This document shows, piece after piece, positions 27,001-39,380 of a stretch of 64,000 bases of DNA. Under the pieces are notes generated by a model, which was given only the letters and a program-made list of their open reading frames with translations, did not search any database and had not been told where the DNA came from. Every line of letters begins with the position of its first letter. Position 1 is the first letter of the stretch. The position numbers and the translations under genes were made by a program. The stretch is from Hyphochytrium catenoides (Eukaryota > Protista > Hyphochytriomycota), in assembly GCA_900088475.1 (NCBI GenBank), contig FLMG01000350.1, positions 124,001-188,000 of the forward strand. Reading direction: 5' to 3'.

Positions 27001-28210
27001 AGAAGTCTCTAGCTTATGCACTAACATAGTTTTACTAGGTTCAAGTTCTACCAGGACAGTCGGCTGATGCTCATAAGGATGAGGAGCAGGTACAGCCTTG
27101 TCTGAAAGGTCAAAGCGGTGGACAAGGCATGCACAGCAAGCGAAGGTTCATCGGGTTCATCGGACATCCTAACGTGGGCAAGTCGAGCGTACTCAATGCT
27201 TTGCTTGGAAGGAAAGCCGCAAGCGTATCTCATACTCCTGGACATACGAAGAGACTGCAGACTCTTCCACTCCATGATTCCCTTCTTCTTTGTGACTGTC
27301 CTGGTCTCATCTTTCCTTTCTCCAACCTTCCATTACATCTTCAAGAACTCTGCGGTCTGTTCCCTTTCTCTCAAGTCAGAGAGCCATTCTCTGCCGTGCG
27401 TTTCTTGGCCGAACATACACCGTTGGAGCGGGTTCTGGAACTGAAACCAAGAGTGAAGGTCTTCGAAGAGTTTGGAGAAGAAGTGGAAGAGGTAAGGAGA
27501 GAGCAACTAAAAGACGAAACTTTCCCCTTTACCCCAATCCGACCTTGAGATCCTTGTCCTACGACTAAGCAAATGCCTCTGGTCATGGAGCGTGCTACCC
27601 TCTTCTTGGCGCATGCATGCTGCCTCCGCTTCCAGCCAACACAACCTCAATCCGAGGGCTATATCATGTATTTTCCTTGTGGTGCACCACCACTCATGTT
27701 CTCTGTATATTATCTTCTCAAGTGCCGCGTTGTCATTCCGAAGTGTGCTTTCCCCTGACTCTATTGCTATAGCCCTGGACACCTGCAAGCCTCTGTGAAG
27801 CACTAGCAGAGAAGCGTGGGTATAACACAGGCAGAATGGGTCGCCTCGACCTCCATCGTGCAGGGGTCGACATGATTAGGGAGACTGTGGACGGGATTAT
27901 ACCTCTTATTTTCCTCCCACCTGACTCTGAAGACGATGATGGAGTTAGGAAAAGCGGCATCAAGAAAAGTCAAGGAAAGAGGGCTTCAAGAAATCTGCAT
28001 TCGGATTCAGACAAGGGTGGAGGGAACGAGGACGGTACTGGGACTCTGGGGTATGTAAGGGATACAGAAAAAGAGGATGAAGAAATAGTTGAAGAGAGTG
28101 GTAGCAGCGAACCTATTGCTAGAACGACTACCGGCAAAGCACAATCTCCTAGAAATGCTTTCTCTCTGTTAGAGTCTGATGATGAAGAGGTAGAGTCTGA
28201 AGATGGATAA
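24048..28210 (+). CDS. GNL1: GNL1/Lsg1-family circularly permuted GTPase
   Basis: HFEHNLEVWRQLWRVLE, DARNP, NKVD (G4), GHPNVGKSS (G1), TPGHTK (G2), DCPGL (G3), in G4-G1-G2-G3 order; acidic tail. Start approximate. Confidence 0.88.
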
Positions 28211-31200
28211 TCAACAATGGAGTCTTGCTACATGATGGACATTTAATGCCCCAGCGTTTGCATAGTGCACGGTGAGGGTCTCCTCGGGCACTGTCAACCC
28301 ACAACCTCTAGGCCTGAGAGAGTGCAGGGTGGGCGGGAGGATTTCCAGCTCTACGCCAAGAGGAAAAGAGGCTTAGTTATGCTGACCAGGCCATTCTAGG
28401 CATAACTTTCCCGTTCTTTCCTTCTCACGCTTTGTGCTGCTACACCTCTCTCTCTTTACGTTAAAAGTTCTTTAACATCCCGAGCGGCTATCTTCGCCTT
28501 TCTCCTATTCTGTATGCCTGTAATACTCTTTGTAGCGACGTACCTTAGCTTCCTATAAATCTGGGCTAATCCTGTGCCTGCCATAAAGACGTTGACACTG
28601 AACTATAAAGAAGCTTTTCATGAGCCAAACAGACAAACAGAGTAGCATTTGAGAAACAGGAGGATCAGCTTCTCACCAAGTTCCAGTTCTTAGGTACGAC
28701 CACTAGACTGTAACGGGACCAAATTACGCCCGTGGCAGTGACCGCTGCGAAGAGGAAGGCAGGAAGGCATAACATAGGGAGGGGTTAGGAGGAGCAGCTG
28801 TAACGACATAGCTGTGACAGAGTAGCAGAGGATGGTTACAAGAGCAGCGGATGATCCAGACCTTCAGCACGGGAGTGATCCTCTACGAAGTTAGGGTTCA
28901 CACATTGAAAGCTCTAAACCAGGCCAAGAGATAAGAACGATCCAGTGCACTCACCCGTCTGCTGTGCTAGGGATATGTTCTCCGCCGGCCGCCGCATGTC
29001 AGCGATATTAGCTAGACTGATAGCCCATTTGAAGGAGGGAGCCCAGAAGTGAACTATGCGAAGAGGGAGAAACAATTAGTCAGACCGAAGCCAGCCTCTC
29101 CCAGAGCTCCAAAACTTTTGGCGAAGACTCAAAGACATAGGCGAGGGAAAGGACAAGACCGGGGGATGTTAGGATCGCAAAAGAGGACAGTAGACATCGC
29201 TCAAGGAGGGGCAAAAAACAAGGCATTCTGATGGACAGATGAGATTGCGGAGAAGCTGTGTGCGAGATGGAAGGGTAGATAAAGTGATGTTAGAGAGAAG
29301 GATAACTTATGAAAGGCTTATGTGTCATCCTGATGCTTCAAAGAAAGATGGCGACTGGAAGAGTGAAAGCAGTCAGACAAGAAGATGATATCTATCTGCC
29401 TACTCGGCTGGGGCAGAGAAACAGTGGAAGGATATCAGAGGAGGTTGAATGAGCTCACTAGTGAAAGGTCCTGCAGGATGCTCGAGGAGAGACTTCAGCT
29501 TTGGATTCTTCTGGACCCAACCCTGCGAAACCACAGCCGCTTGTAGCCGCGGCACGACTGACGGCAGCATGCTGCTTCTGACAGCTACGACTGGCTCCTT
29601 TCTCTAGTGCTAGCAGCCTTTTTAACCGGAGATTGCGGCCTCCAGGAGAACTGTAGAAGTCTGCTGCCGTCCTGTGGAGCGAGTGAGCTAGACTTCCCTC
29701 TGCTTGAGAGTCTATCTTATGTGGTGCTAGTGTTGCTCACTACTCTTCACTGATGAGCCAGGCGACTCCGCCACAATGATCCTTTGGTTCGTCGCCTCAA
29801 TCAACTTCCCATCATTAGTGCGAACAGAGGTGGGTGGTCACAACGGAGCTATAAATATAACCTTGAAGGACGGGTGGGCCGACGGCGCTATGTCGTAAAA
29901 CCAAGCGACAGCATGTCGAGGAGCTGATGCTAAACGCTTTGTTCACCCTCCGCCAGATCTGCGCCGTGGGCTCAAGAAGTCAACAAACGGCTCAGCCCTA
30001 ACCAGAGGCGCGAACTCTCTCTGACGAGATGAGGGTTGGAGTGGAGATTGATAGAGAGATTAGAGCAAGAGATAATGGAGAGTTCTCACCTGAGACAGGC
30101 TGATATCCAACGTAGATGGTTGGGTGAGAGGGGCAAGCTGAGCACAGGATTGGAGACCTCAGCTGTGGGACTTTGGGAAATGACCACGCTGTCGGAAAGG
30201 CTCGTCAACAACCTCACGTGAACGAACTTGGCCTTTGCCAGGAAGTGCTTACATAGAAGACCCGCATTGCCCTTGTTATGGCCGCTGGTCTAACCTAATG
30301 TTCTATCAAAGAGCGGCCATTGAACAGAAATTGTTAACGAAATGACAGACTTCACACAAGCGGTGAGCATCACCTTGACTAGGTTGAGGAAGATCTTTCC
30401 GTTCTGCGGAGGAAGAGGTAGACAAGGGCTTTAAAACTTTATAGGGAGGCGCTGCCTGCCAAAAAGACCACCCTCTTTTGTCATGAGGATTCCCTACTCT
30501 TATCCAGTTAGCCTTTATGGGGCATTTCAACTCCACGACTTGACGCAGCTTTGAGGCAACCAAACACCTTGATATTCACACAGAGCAGCGCTTCCAGGCA
30601 AGACTGTTGTCGGCCCTTAAGCCAATGCACTCTCTATGAGTCGCGCCATGTTTTCCTCACTGACGTAGCTAGAACGAGGTGGTGGAGGGCCATACCGCAG
30701 CAAAGAGCAGCAGGTCGGATAGTTCTCCACCCACAAACTCTAAGCGCCCTTAATTGGCAATGTTAGTATACCAGGCCACGCAAGTACTTTCTACTCTCCA
30801 ACAGTTGGCCCTGCTGCCTAAAACTCCTGCGACTGAAGATAGTAGTCAGAACTCTAAGCTTGGCCCACGCCCATACGTGATGGTAATCCTGACCAAGCTC
30901 CAGTTCATTTGTTAGTCCATGGTTTTCATTCTGCTCCAGTCGTTTCCGGCCATCATACAGCTCTTCGCTACGAGCTACATCACGTCTGGATGTAGGGCAG
31001 AGACAACACCTTAATGTAAAGAGAGTATTCCATGCCAAGGAGAAAAGATGCCAGAAGAGATGAAGGATGAACTTTCTGCCAATGAGAAGTGGACGAAGAA
31101 GAGGCCTGAAAGAGTATGTGAGCGAGGAGAAATGGGTCTTGGTGTGGGAAGTGAAAGGACAAAGCGCGAAGATATGAGACAAATAGTAAGAGTAGCTTGA

Positions 31201-31462
31201 GAGGCACATCCCGATACAAAGCAGATCGGTGCCCCAGGTTCAGAACCGATGGAAAAGCATTGTTGGACAATGATCATTTGTTTAGCGGGTGAATGTGATA
31301 TCTCTAAAACGAATGTGGATATCTCTAGAACGGGTGAGAGGAAATGGCTAACCGAGAAAAAGAAGGCGAAACTCTAGCTTCTTTCCCTCACTATCTGTCC
31401 ATGTAACAAGCTTTGATCGTCTCAAAGACCACCAGCTCCCAAGATAGAGAGCGGCTGAGTCT

Positions 31463-34400
31463 TTAGACACCGCCATTTGATGGGGAGGCTAGCTTCGTAT
31501 ACTCATCTTCAACTCTTGTCTTGGCCACACCATTCACAGGCGCCTCCGTTTGATGCTGTAGCCCTCGGACTTTGCCCTTTTCCTCCTCTTGCTGCGCCGC
31601 GAACTGGTTGAAAACCTGCTCCAGAGAAGTCTGAGAGACAGAGTACTCTCTAATGAAGAGTTCCTTCTTCGCCCCTTCAATGCAGGCGAAGATTTGAGCC
31701 AGAGACATCCTCTCAGAACCCACTTTCCAGCGGAAAAGAGTTTCATGTCTTTCGAGGAGATCCGCTCCCTCAAACGCCCTTCTCATGAAAGCCACAAGAG
31801 TGTCAGCTCTGTCTTCTCCAAGCCACCACGCAGCGAAAGCATCAGCTGAGAGCTTGCCGTCTCTCTCAAGGACGCTGTATACGGCCCAGCCGTTGTCTGA
31901 GTCGGGGCTAATCATTGCTGAGCGGTCAGCGCGGCCAAGCCGAGCGCATAGAGCAGGAAGGTCCGCAGAGGTGAGAGACGGCACGCCGATCTCTCTATTG
32001 GCGAAGGCGGCGGCCTCTTGAGCAGTGACTGGCTTTTGTCTCATCTCCATCATCAAGCCGCTGCCGAAGCGGCTCTTGAGGTGCTGCACACTGCCCAAAC
32101 AGCGAAGGCGCCCGCCCACCTATTGCGGAGAAGGGGTTAATAGAGGCGGATTGACCGATAGGATGTACAAAAGAGAAAGAAAGTAGAAGCCATAGGAGGA
32201 AGAAGGTGAGGCGGATAGATCGAGAGCTTTCTCACTAGCGATAGAAGGATAGAAGTCACACAGAGGAAATGGCTCTACAGCAGACCAGGCGTGGCAAGAT
32301 CCAGCCGTTTGCTTACCATAATGCCGACATTTGTACACAGAGCTTCACATTCCTCCATTGAGTGAGTCGTCAGGACTACACTGCTTTCATGGCTCTCAGT
32401 CGAGACTTTGGCAATGACCTCCCACATGAAACGCCGGGCAACAGGATCCATTCCTGCAGTAGAGTATAAGACAAGCAAGAAACATCAAAGGAGGAGCAAC
32501 GAGACCAACGTCAGTAGGGTTTGAAGATCCTTTTTAGATCTCAACGCTCTCCTCACCCGTGGAGGGCTCGTCCAGGAAGAGAACTGGAGGACTGCCAATC
32601 ATAGCAATACCCACGGAGAGCTTCCTCTTGTTCCCTCCAGACAAGGAGTTGGCCAGCTTGTTTTCATACTGGAGAAGATCCATCTGTGTCATCTTCTCCA
32701 GCACGACTTCATTCAGCCTCTCCTTAGGTACGCCTTTGATCTTTGCGAAGAGCTCTAAGTGCTCCCTCACGGTGAGAAGATCCAATAGAGCGTCAAACTG
32801 TGGACAATAGCCAATCAAGCGCCGAACAGCAAGCTGTTCCTTGAGAATGTCCTTGCCGCCAATTGTACCAGAACCCATGGTGGGCAAAATCTCGCCAGTG
32901 ATAATCTGTCGCCATAAAACGGCAGGGACGGGGATCAGATACAGACCATGAGCAAGGATAGAGCCTATAACGTGTCGTTCGTGATGACTAGGTGGCATTC
33001 TCACAAAAGGTACAGCGGCCCGGATGGATAAGCAGGCTGCGTTTTCGCAGTTTTTTTAAGAGACACGTGACCATACCTTCATTGTAGTCGTCTTTCCAGC
33101 ACCGTTGATACCCAGGAAGCCGAAGCACTGACCCGCAGGGATGCTATAGTAGAGATCATGTAACCCCACCTTCTTTTTGCCTTTCAGACCTGTTTGAAAG
33201 CACCGTTGAGAGCAGCGAGGCACGAAGAGAAGTCAGAAAACGGATATGAAGAGTAAGGCCTGCTGAAAAGGTACACACCTTTGTACACTTTCCTAAGTCC
33301 CTTAAGAGTCACCAAATCTCCTTCGGTGTCGCCTCGTAATACACGCTCCTTCTCAGCAAGCACGTCCTCGTCCTCGTCGAATGACTCGTGCTTCACGTCA
33401 GGATCCTTCATAAACCGCGCTTTGATTGATGGGTTGCAGGAGACAATGTCTAAGCCTATGGCAGCAACCGTGTATACGATCACCTCTACAATCAAGAACC
33501 CGTAGACCCAGCCATGAATATCAGAGTCAAAGACGCTGACATCCTTCGCTCTCTCTCCATTGAAGGCGGTTTCCAGGTCCTGAAGCGTCAAATTGAGAAG
33601 GCCCTCTGCAAGGCAGAAAGGAGGGAACACTCTGAAAATGAAGACAACCCACTCAGCGGCGTCCTTAGTGCTGTCCAGCGTCCGAAGAACGAAGATCACG
33701 ATCATCAGGACAAGGCCAAGAATGAAGTTGATAAAGTAGGTCACATACTGCGCGGAAGAATGTTTCGCAAAGATAGACTGGATGAGATAAGTAAACGGAA
33801 TGACCGCCAAGCCGAAGAGAAAGAACAGGATCCCTACACCCAAGAAGACGTTCTCTATACAGTTCTGCTGACAGTCCGAACCCGTGAAGGTCTTGACGTT
33901 GAATGCAGCGATGAGGATCAGGGTGAAGACGAAGGTGATCAGGTACACCAGGAAGTCCCAAGCGTAGTTAGCCAGCCAGAAAGCAGGAAGAGAAACCCCA
34001 CTGACCAGCTGTTGATGCTTCGCGTTCTTCAGCACTTCCCTCTCTTGCACAATGAAGGCAGCGATGTTGGCTGGGATGAAGGCCATTGCAAAGAGGATGT
34101 ATGTGATGGCAGAGAATGATGTGAAAGAGGTGAATAGACTCTTGGCGTCTAGGGTAAGAGGAAGAGGATGATTCGACACTTCCATCTTGAAGTCTCCGCC
34201 CGCCATGGTCCTATACAAAGCTTGGTCAATCTGCCTCTTGAAAATTCCTGCTGCGTTACTTGAGGTCGTATTCACGATGATATTGTATGAGGCCAGATTA
34301 TTCGCATCACTTTGATAGATAAATCCTCCGTACTGGGAGTAGCCAGACCGTGGTGGTACCCCGTTGGCCCCAAAGGCGTAATTGAAGACAGACTGACCAA

Positions 34401-37400
34401 ACTGAAGAGAAGCGCCCTTTGAGGAGTTTCCAGGGATGTCAGGATAAGAGACACCAAAAAAGTTCCCCGTGCCACTGTATGGTGTGAAGGTTGTGTCTTG
34501 GAAGACACCCACCTCTGTCTTGCTGAAAAGTGCAGGACAGTTCGGAGAACCTCCAAGACAAACATAAGGTGTTGGCACATCAGAGTCTGACTCTCTGGAG
34601 ACACCGGTGTAGTCTTCCGTATCTAAGACATAGCGTGGATAGTCCTGGAAAAGCAACAAATCGAGAAGGGTCAGTAACAATGATAAGGAGCGTGAAACTC
34701 GCTTCTTTATATAGCTGAAGCGGGTAGATCTTGATCGAGCAAATGGAAGTGTAAAGAAAAATAAGGAATAAGGACATCAACAACAACCAAATAAAGATAT
34801 TATCGATACCTTGGTGATCTGGTTCACTTTAAGCTGGATCAGCCCAACGATCAATAGCAGAATTGGCAGCAGAACTGCACAAACCACTGCCTTCTTGTCC
34901 CTCCGTGCATACTGGAACCGCTTCGTGAACACAGCTTCAAAATGCACCCAAGGGCTGGCAGGAGGAGCGTCATGGTGGAGCTTGTAATTCGGTGGACCAG
35001 AAGGAGCAGGGGTTGCAGCTGCAGCAGAAGAACCAACATCGCGAGAGAGGTGTCGAGAAGAGCTATCCATCGAGTTGAAGCGCGACGACGTCTGACGAAG
35101 AGCTTCTTGTTCCTCAAGATCTCCCAGCTCTGCCACTTTGATGAACACTTCTTCCAATGTTGTTACGCTAACGCCATACTCGACCAGGCCCAGTTCTCGA
35201 AGTCTTAGATCTAGGTCCGAAAAGAGAGAAGGGAAGCTAGAGGCTGACGAGAGAGGGAGCTGGAAAATAATCTCTGCACCTACATTGCTAAGGAGCTTCG
35301 CCTCTCTAACGTAGCCCTTAATGAGCCGCTGAGTCTCTTGCACCTTGCAGAACTCGGACTTGATAATCGTTAAGTTATAACCCACGCCGTAGCGGTTCTT
35401 CAAGAACAGGGAAGAACCGCAGCAGCGGAGTTCTCCATCAGCCATAATAGCAATGCGGTCGCCCAACAAGTCAGCCTCATCCATAAAGTGCGTTGTCAAA
35501 ACAATAACTCGTCCATCCTTGTTGTTCTGGATAAGATCCCAAGTGCTCCTCCTAGAGTACGGATCCATGCCACTGGTCGGCTCGTCCAAAAACACCATCT
35601 TACTGCCACCGAGAAGGGCAATAGCGACAGACAGCTTCCGCTTCATGCCACCAGATAGCTCCCTGGCGCGAGCATTCACCTTCTCGGTAAGTCCAACCTC
35701 AGCTATCTTTTTTGCCACCTCTTCCTTCAGAGCTTTCCCCTTCATCCCCTTTATCGCGCCGTACAGTTCCAAGTGCTCTTTCACTGTCATGTCCAGGTAC
35801 AGAATGTCGTGCTGAGGGCAAAGTCCAAGGCTCTCACGAACTGCAGACATATTTTCCCTGATGCTATAACCATTCACTATTGCATCTCCTGCAGTAGCCT
35901 CAAGCATTCCCGTCAGCATGCTGATGGTGGTGGTCTTGCCCGCACCATTGTGACCCAGTAGACAGGTAATCTGTCCCTCATACATCGCAAGGTCAAGGCC
36001 CTTCACCGCCACCTTGATGCCACCAGGTGTCTTAAACTCCTTACGGAGGCCCCGGACAACCACAGCCCTGCCATCTGTCTCTTGTGCTTTGTATTCCATG
36101 GAAACTGGTTCAATGTTCGGCTTAGAGTCATTCGCCTCCGGATCAGCAAGAGGCAGCGCCTTGTCGTCATCCTTACGTTTCTTTGCCTTTCGCCAGTATC
36201 TAGGACTGCAGCAGAAGTACCAAGGACGGCGGATGCCCCACTGCCTAGGCAACACTTGTTCCAAGTAGCAAGCCAAGAAAGTGTAAAGAATAGAGTCGAA
36301 GAGCAACATGGACAGGCAGGTCCCGAAGCTGTAGTTATTGACTTGGTCAGAGACATTTCCGAAGTTCACCCCGACAGTGGAGCTCTCGAAGGTGGCCAGT
36401 GTATTTGCACCAAGCGCCATGGCCACGGGGGAGAGAAGCGAGGTGAGGAACTTGGTACCGGACGAAACTTCGGGTTCTTCAACTCCATAGTAGATAAAGT
36501 ACATCATGAAGAAGATTGAGAGGCCCGTCAAAGAGCCAACCCTAGAGCGGCTGAAGAAGGTACTCATGAGGAAAGCATAGGAAATAATGGACAAGGAGAA
36601 AAAGAAGTAGTAAAGGAAGATTAGGATTGCAGAAGAATTAGCGAATAGCGTCTGTGTGGACGCCACCGTCATCAGGATACTGCTGACAAAGAGCATCAGC
36701 CCATAGGTCAGGTACCAGGAGGTAATAATGCTAAGTGAAGAGACTCCCATCAACTGCAACGCCTCCCGCTGCTTCTCCTCCTTCTCCGCAATAAAAGAGA
36801 CCAGGATACGTGATAAACCATAGAGAAACGCCGCAACGAAAACCAAAGGGAACACTCTTTGAATCAGCACAAAGAAGGGTGCTGAAGTGTAGGAGTCTAC
36901 AGGGAACGCGTAAATCTTTCCCCCAAGAATTGGTTGAGGAGCGAGTCTTAGAGGTTCCATTATCTGAGCCAAAGAAGCGTTAGGGATGCTCGCTGCGTTC
37001 AACTTTACTGGAAAGCCGCTCTGAGATGCCAGGGCGCTGGCCACGCTGAACACGGTGTTGAGGGGGATATCGTCATTCAAGTATTGCCGCACAGCGGAGA
37101 TAAACTCTGGCGTGATACTCGTCATATTAACCTTTGAGTTCTGGCAAAGGAAGGTACTTGGGTCAGGGTTGCAGAGGGCAAAGCGGGTCACAGCAGTTTG
37201 GAACGTGGTGAAGCCACCAATTGCATATTGCAGCATTGCATTAGAGCTAATGCCCTTCTGAACGGGATCCAGCATCGGCTCCTTTGTGTCCACGGTTCCA
37301 AAGAGCAGGTTGTTCTCATTAAGAGTTGCGTTCAGACGGACGCTATACTCCCAATCCCCTACAGCTCCCACAGCCGGCGTCTTTTTGAAATCGAAAGCGC

Positions 37401-38332
37401 CAATGAGTTTTGGTTTCTCAATTATCTTGCCATAGTCACGGTCCCTGACGTAGTCCGTAAGGCTGTCTTCATCTTTGAAAAAGCGAACAACACTTGCCCA
37501 CGAAGGGTTGGTGATGGGGAGGGTTCCAGGGGTAAGAGCAACGCTAGGGTACCATCTGGACATGGTCTCATTGAAATAGCGGAACCAGGCCTCATCCGGA
37601 GCAACAACTCCAATGATAAATGGGATCACAGGGCATCCAGCAGGAATGCTTCCGAGGTTGCCAGTCGCAATCAGAGGCGCGCAGGCGTTCTGTACCGCCC
37701 TGTCTTGCAGGGCGCTAGGAGAGTTGATGAATGTCTGTAGGGTTATACCCAGAAGAAACCCGACCATGGATGTTTCTGTACCATAGAATCTACATGGAAG
37801 GGAGGTCAGCCACTACGAAGGCAAGCACCCTGTAAGACTTGAAAGTCTAGTACGTACCTAGGTACAGTGACTTGCTGAAGGAAGTTACTTGACTCAACGT
37901 CAAGAACACCTTTTCGGAGGGTGAAGCTCCGGTTGGCAAAGAGTGAGACGGATTCACCTTGCGATGAAAATTAAATAACCGAAGTTAGTGTCTAATGCAA
38001 GGTCTAACGCCAGGGGCCGTCCTCACCTTCGCAGTCAGAAGAGCAGCCTTCATTCACTGGGTCGTCAATGGACCAGCCTGCCGGTACCTAAATAGTGACT
38101 CCATCAGCCTCAATCTCATAGTGTAAAGAGTCTGGCTTTGTGACACCACCCAACAACTTACCGCCACATCAGGCTCCAACGTCTTCAGCCATGAGAAGAG
38201 AGCAATAAAGGCGACAGGAAGTAGTAGCTCAAAAATAAGAGACGCCCATCGCCTGCGTTTTAAGATCCAATTCTTCCAAAACAAGACCCGAATGTCCACA
38301 CAGCCGGCGCAACATCCTCGCCTGCCCGCCAT
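31463..38332 (-). CDS. Full-size ABCA-subfamily transporter (2 TMD + 2 NBD)
   Basis: [11 protein letters not shown] start, [42 protein letters not shown]; second half [42 protein letters not shown]. Confidence 0.96.
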
Positions 38333-39298
38333 CTGACGGATACTTGCGCCTATGCGCGCGTTCGCTCTGTCGTTAAGTTTCTACCAATTGCTGAAAAGAG
38401 ATGAACCAAAGGGTTACGCTACTAAGTTCGTCTTGTCAGGCAGGTCAAGTAGAGCTTCGTGCCATCCAGCTGTCTTTTGCGTCAATGACCATGTGCGAAG
38501 ACAAGTCCTGCTTTTCTTTGGGTTCAAACGGCAAAACGAGCCCAGAAAATGGTGTCAACGCGGTCTGCTCTGTACTCGCTGCGAGCAGTACGCACGCTCA
38601 CGTGGGAAGGAGAAGATGATGCGGTCTACAAGCTGGGTAGGAAAGAAGGCAAGTAGAACTAGGGAGTAACAAAATTGGCTGAGGAGGAAGAAAGATGTCA
38701 GGACAGTCCCGTCTAGGTCCTTTCTGACACGCCCTCCTCGCTCTGCGCTTCCTCCGATCTCTCAATACACTCTGTCTTGCGCGATGAGCAAGTCTCGCGG
38801 GTATTGATTCACCGTGTTGTGTGTTCTTCGGCTTCTCTCTACACGCTCTGTCTTTTGGGACAATAGATTCATGGCCAGTGAACATCATTCTCTTCCTCAG
38901 CTGTCACACTTACCAGACACCCTGGTATTGTGCAGCATAGGTTACAGTACACCGTACACACTCACTATTCAAGGTCGAAACGCGATGAATTCCTGATCAA
39001 GACAGTAAGATGCAGCCTGAGGGGGAATAGAGGACGGACATCTACAGTACAGTCTAGTAGTAAGAGCTTTTTAGAAGTGGTCAATAGGTTCTAAAAAAGT
39101 AGAGGACCAAAGCAGGTAAAGCGGAGGGAAGGGGGTACGTACGTACGACTTACTACTACGTACCTACCCAGTCTGTCTACTAAAGAGTAATGCCCTGCAA
39201 GACTGAAATATTTCGGCAAGAGCAAATGGGTTGGCTTGGAGTTTGTCGTTTTGAGACGAAGCCATACGCTTACCTGAGGCTGCACTTTGAGACCTGGC

Positions 39299-39380
39299 CT
39301 TGCTCCGAACAAGGTGTCTTTGGTCTTTGGTCTTTGCTCCGAACAAGGTTTCTTTGGTCTTTGGTCTTTGGTCTTGGTCC
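39299..39380. repeat. Tandem 35-bp duplication built from TCTTTGG heptamers and TTGCTCCGAACAAGG
   Basis: ttgctccgaacaagg-tg-tctttgg-tctttgg-tct / ttgctccgaacaagg-tt-tctttgg-tctttgg-tctttgg-tcttgg. Confidence 0.85.

Noticed and set aside
33514-37740. Long plus-strand ORFs (e.g. 33514-34119, 36082-36519, 37198-37740)
   Set aside because: Antisense shadows of ABCA exons with no independent motifs.
39299-39380. CRISPR-like or telomeric array
   Set aside because: Only two copies of the longer unit, no unique spacers, eukaryotic context, and TCTTTGG is not a recognised telomere unit.
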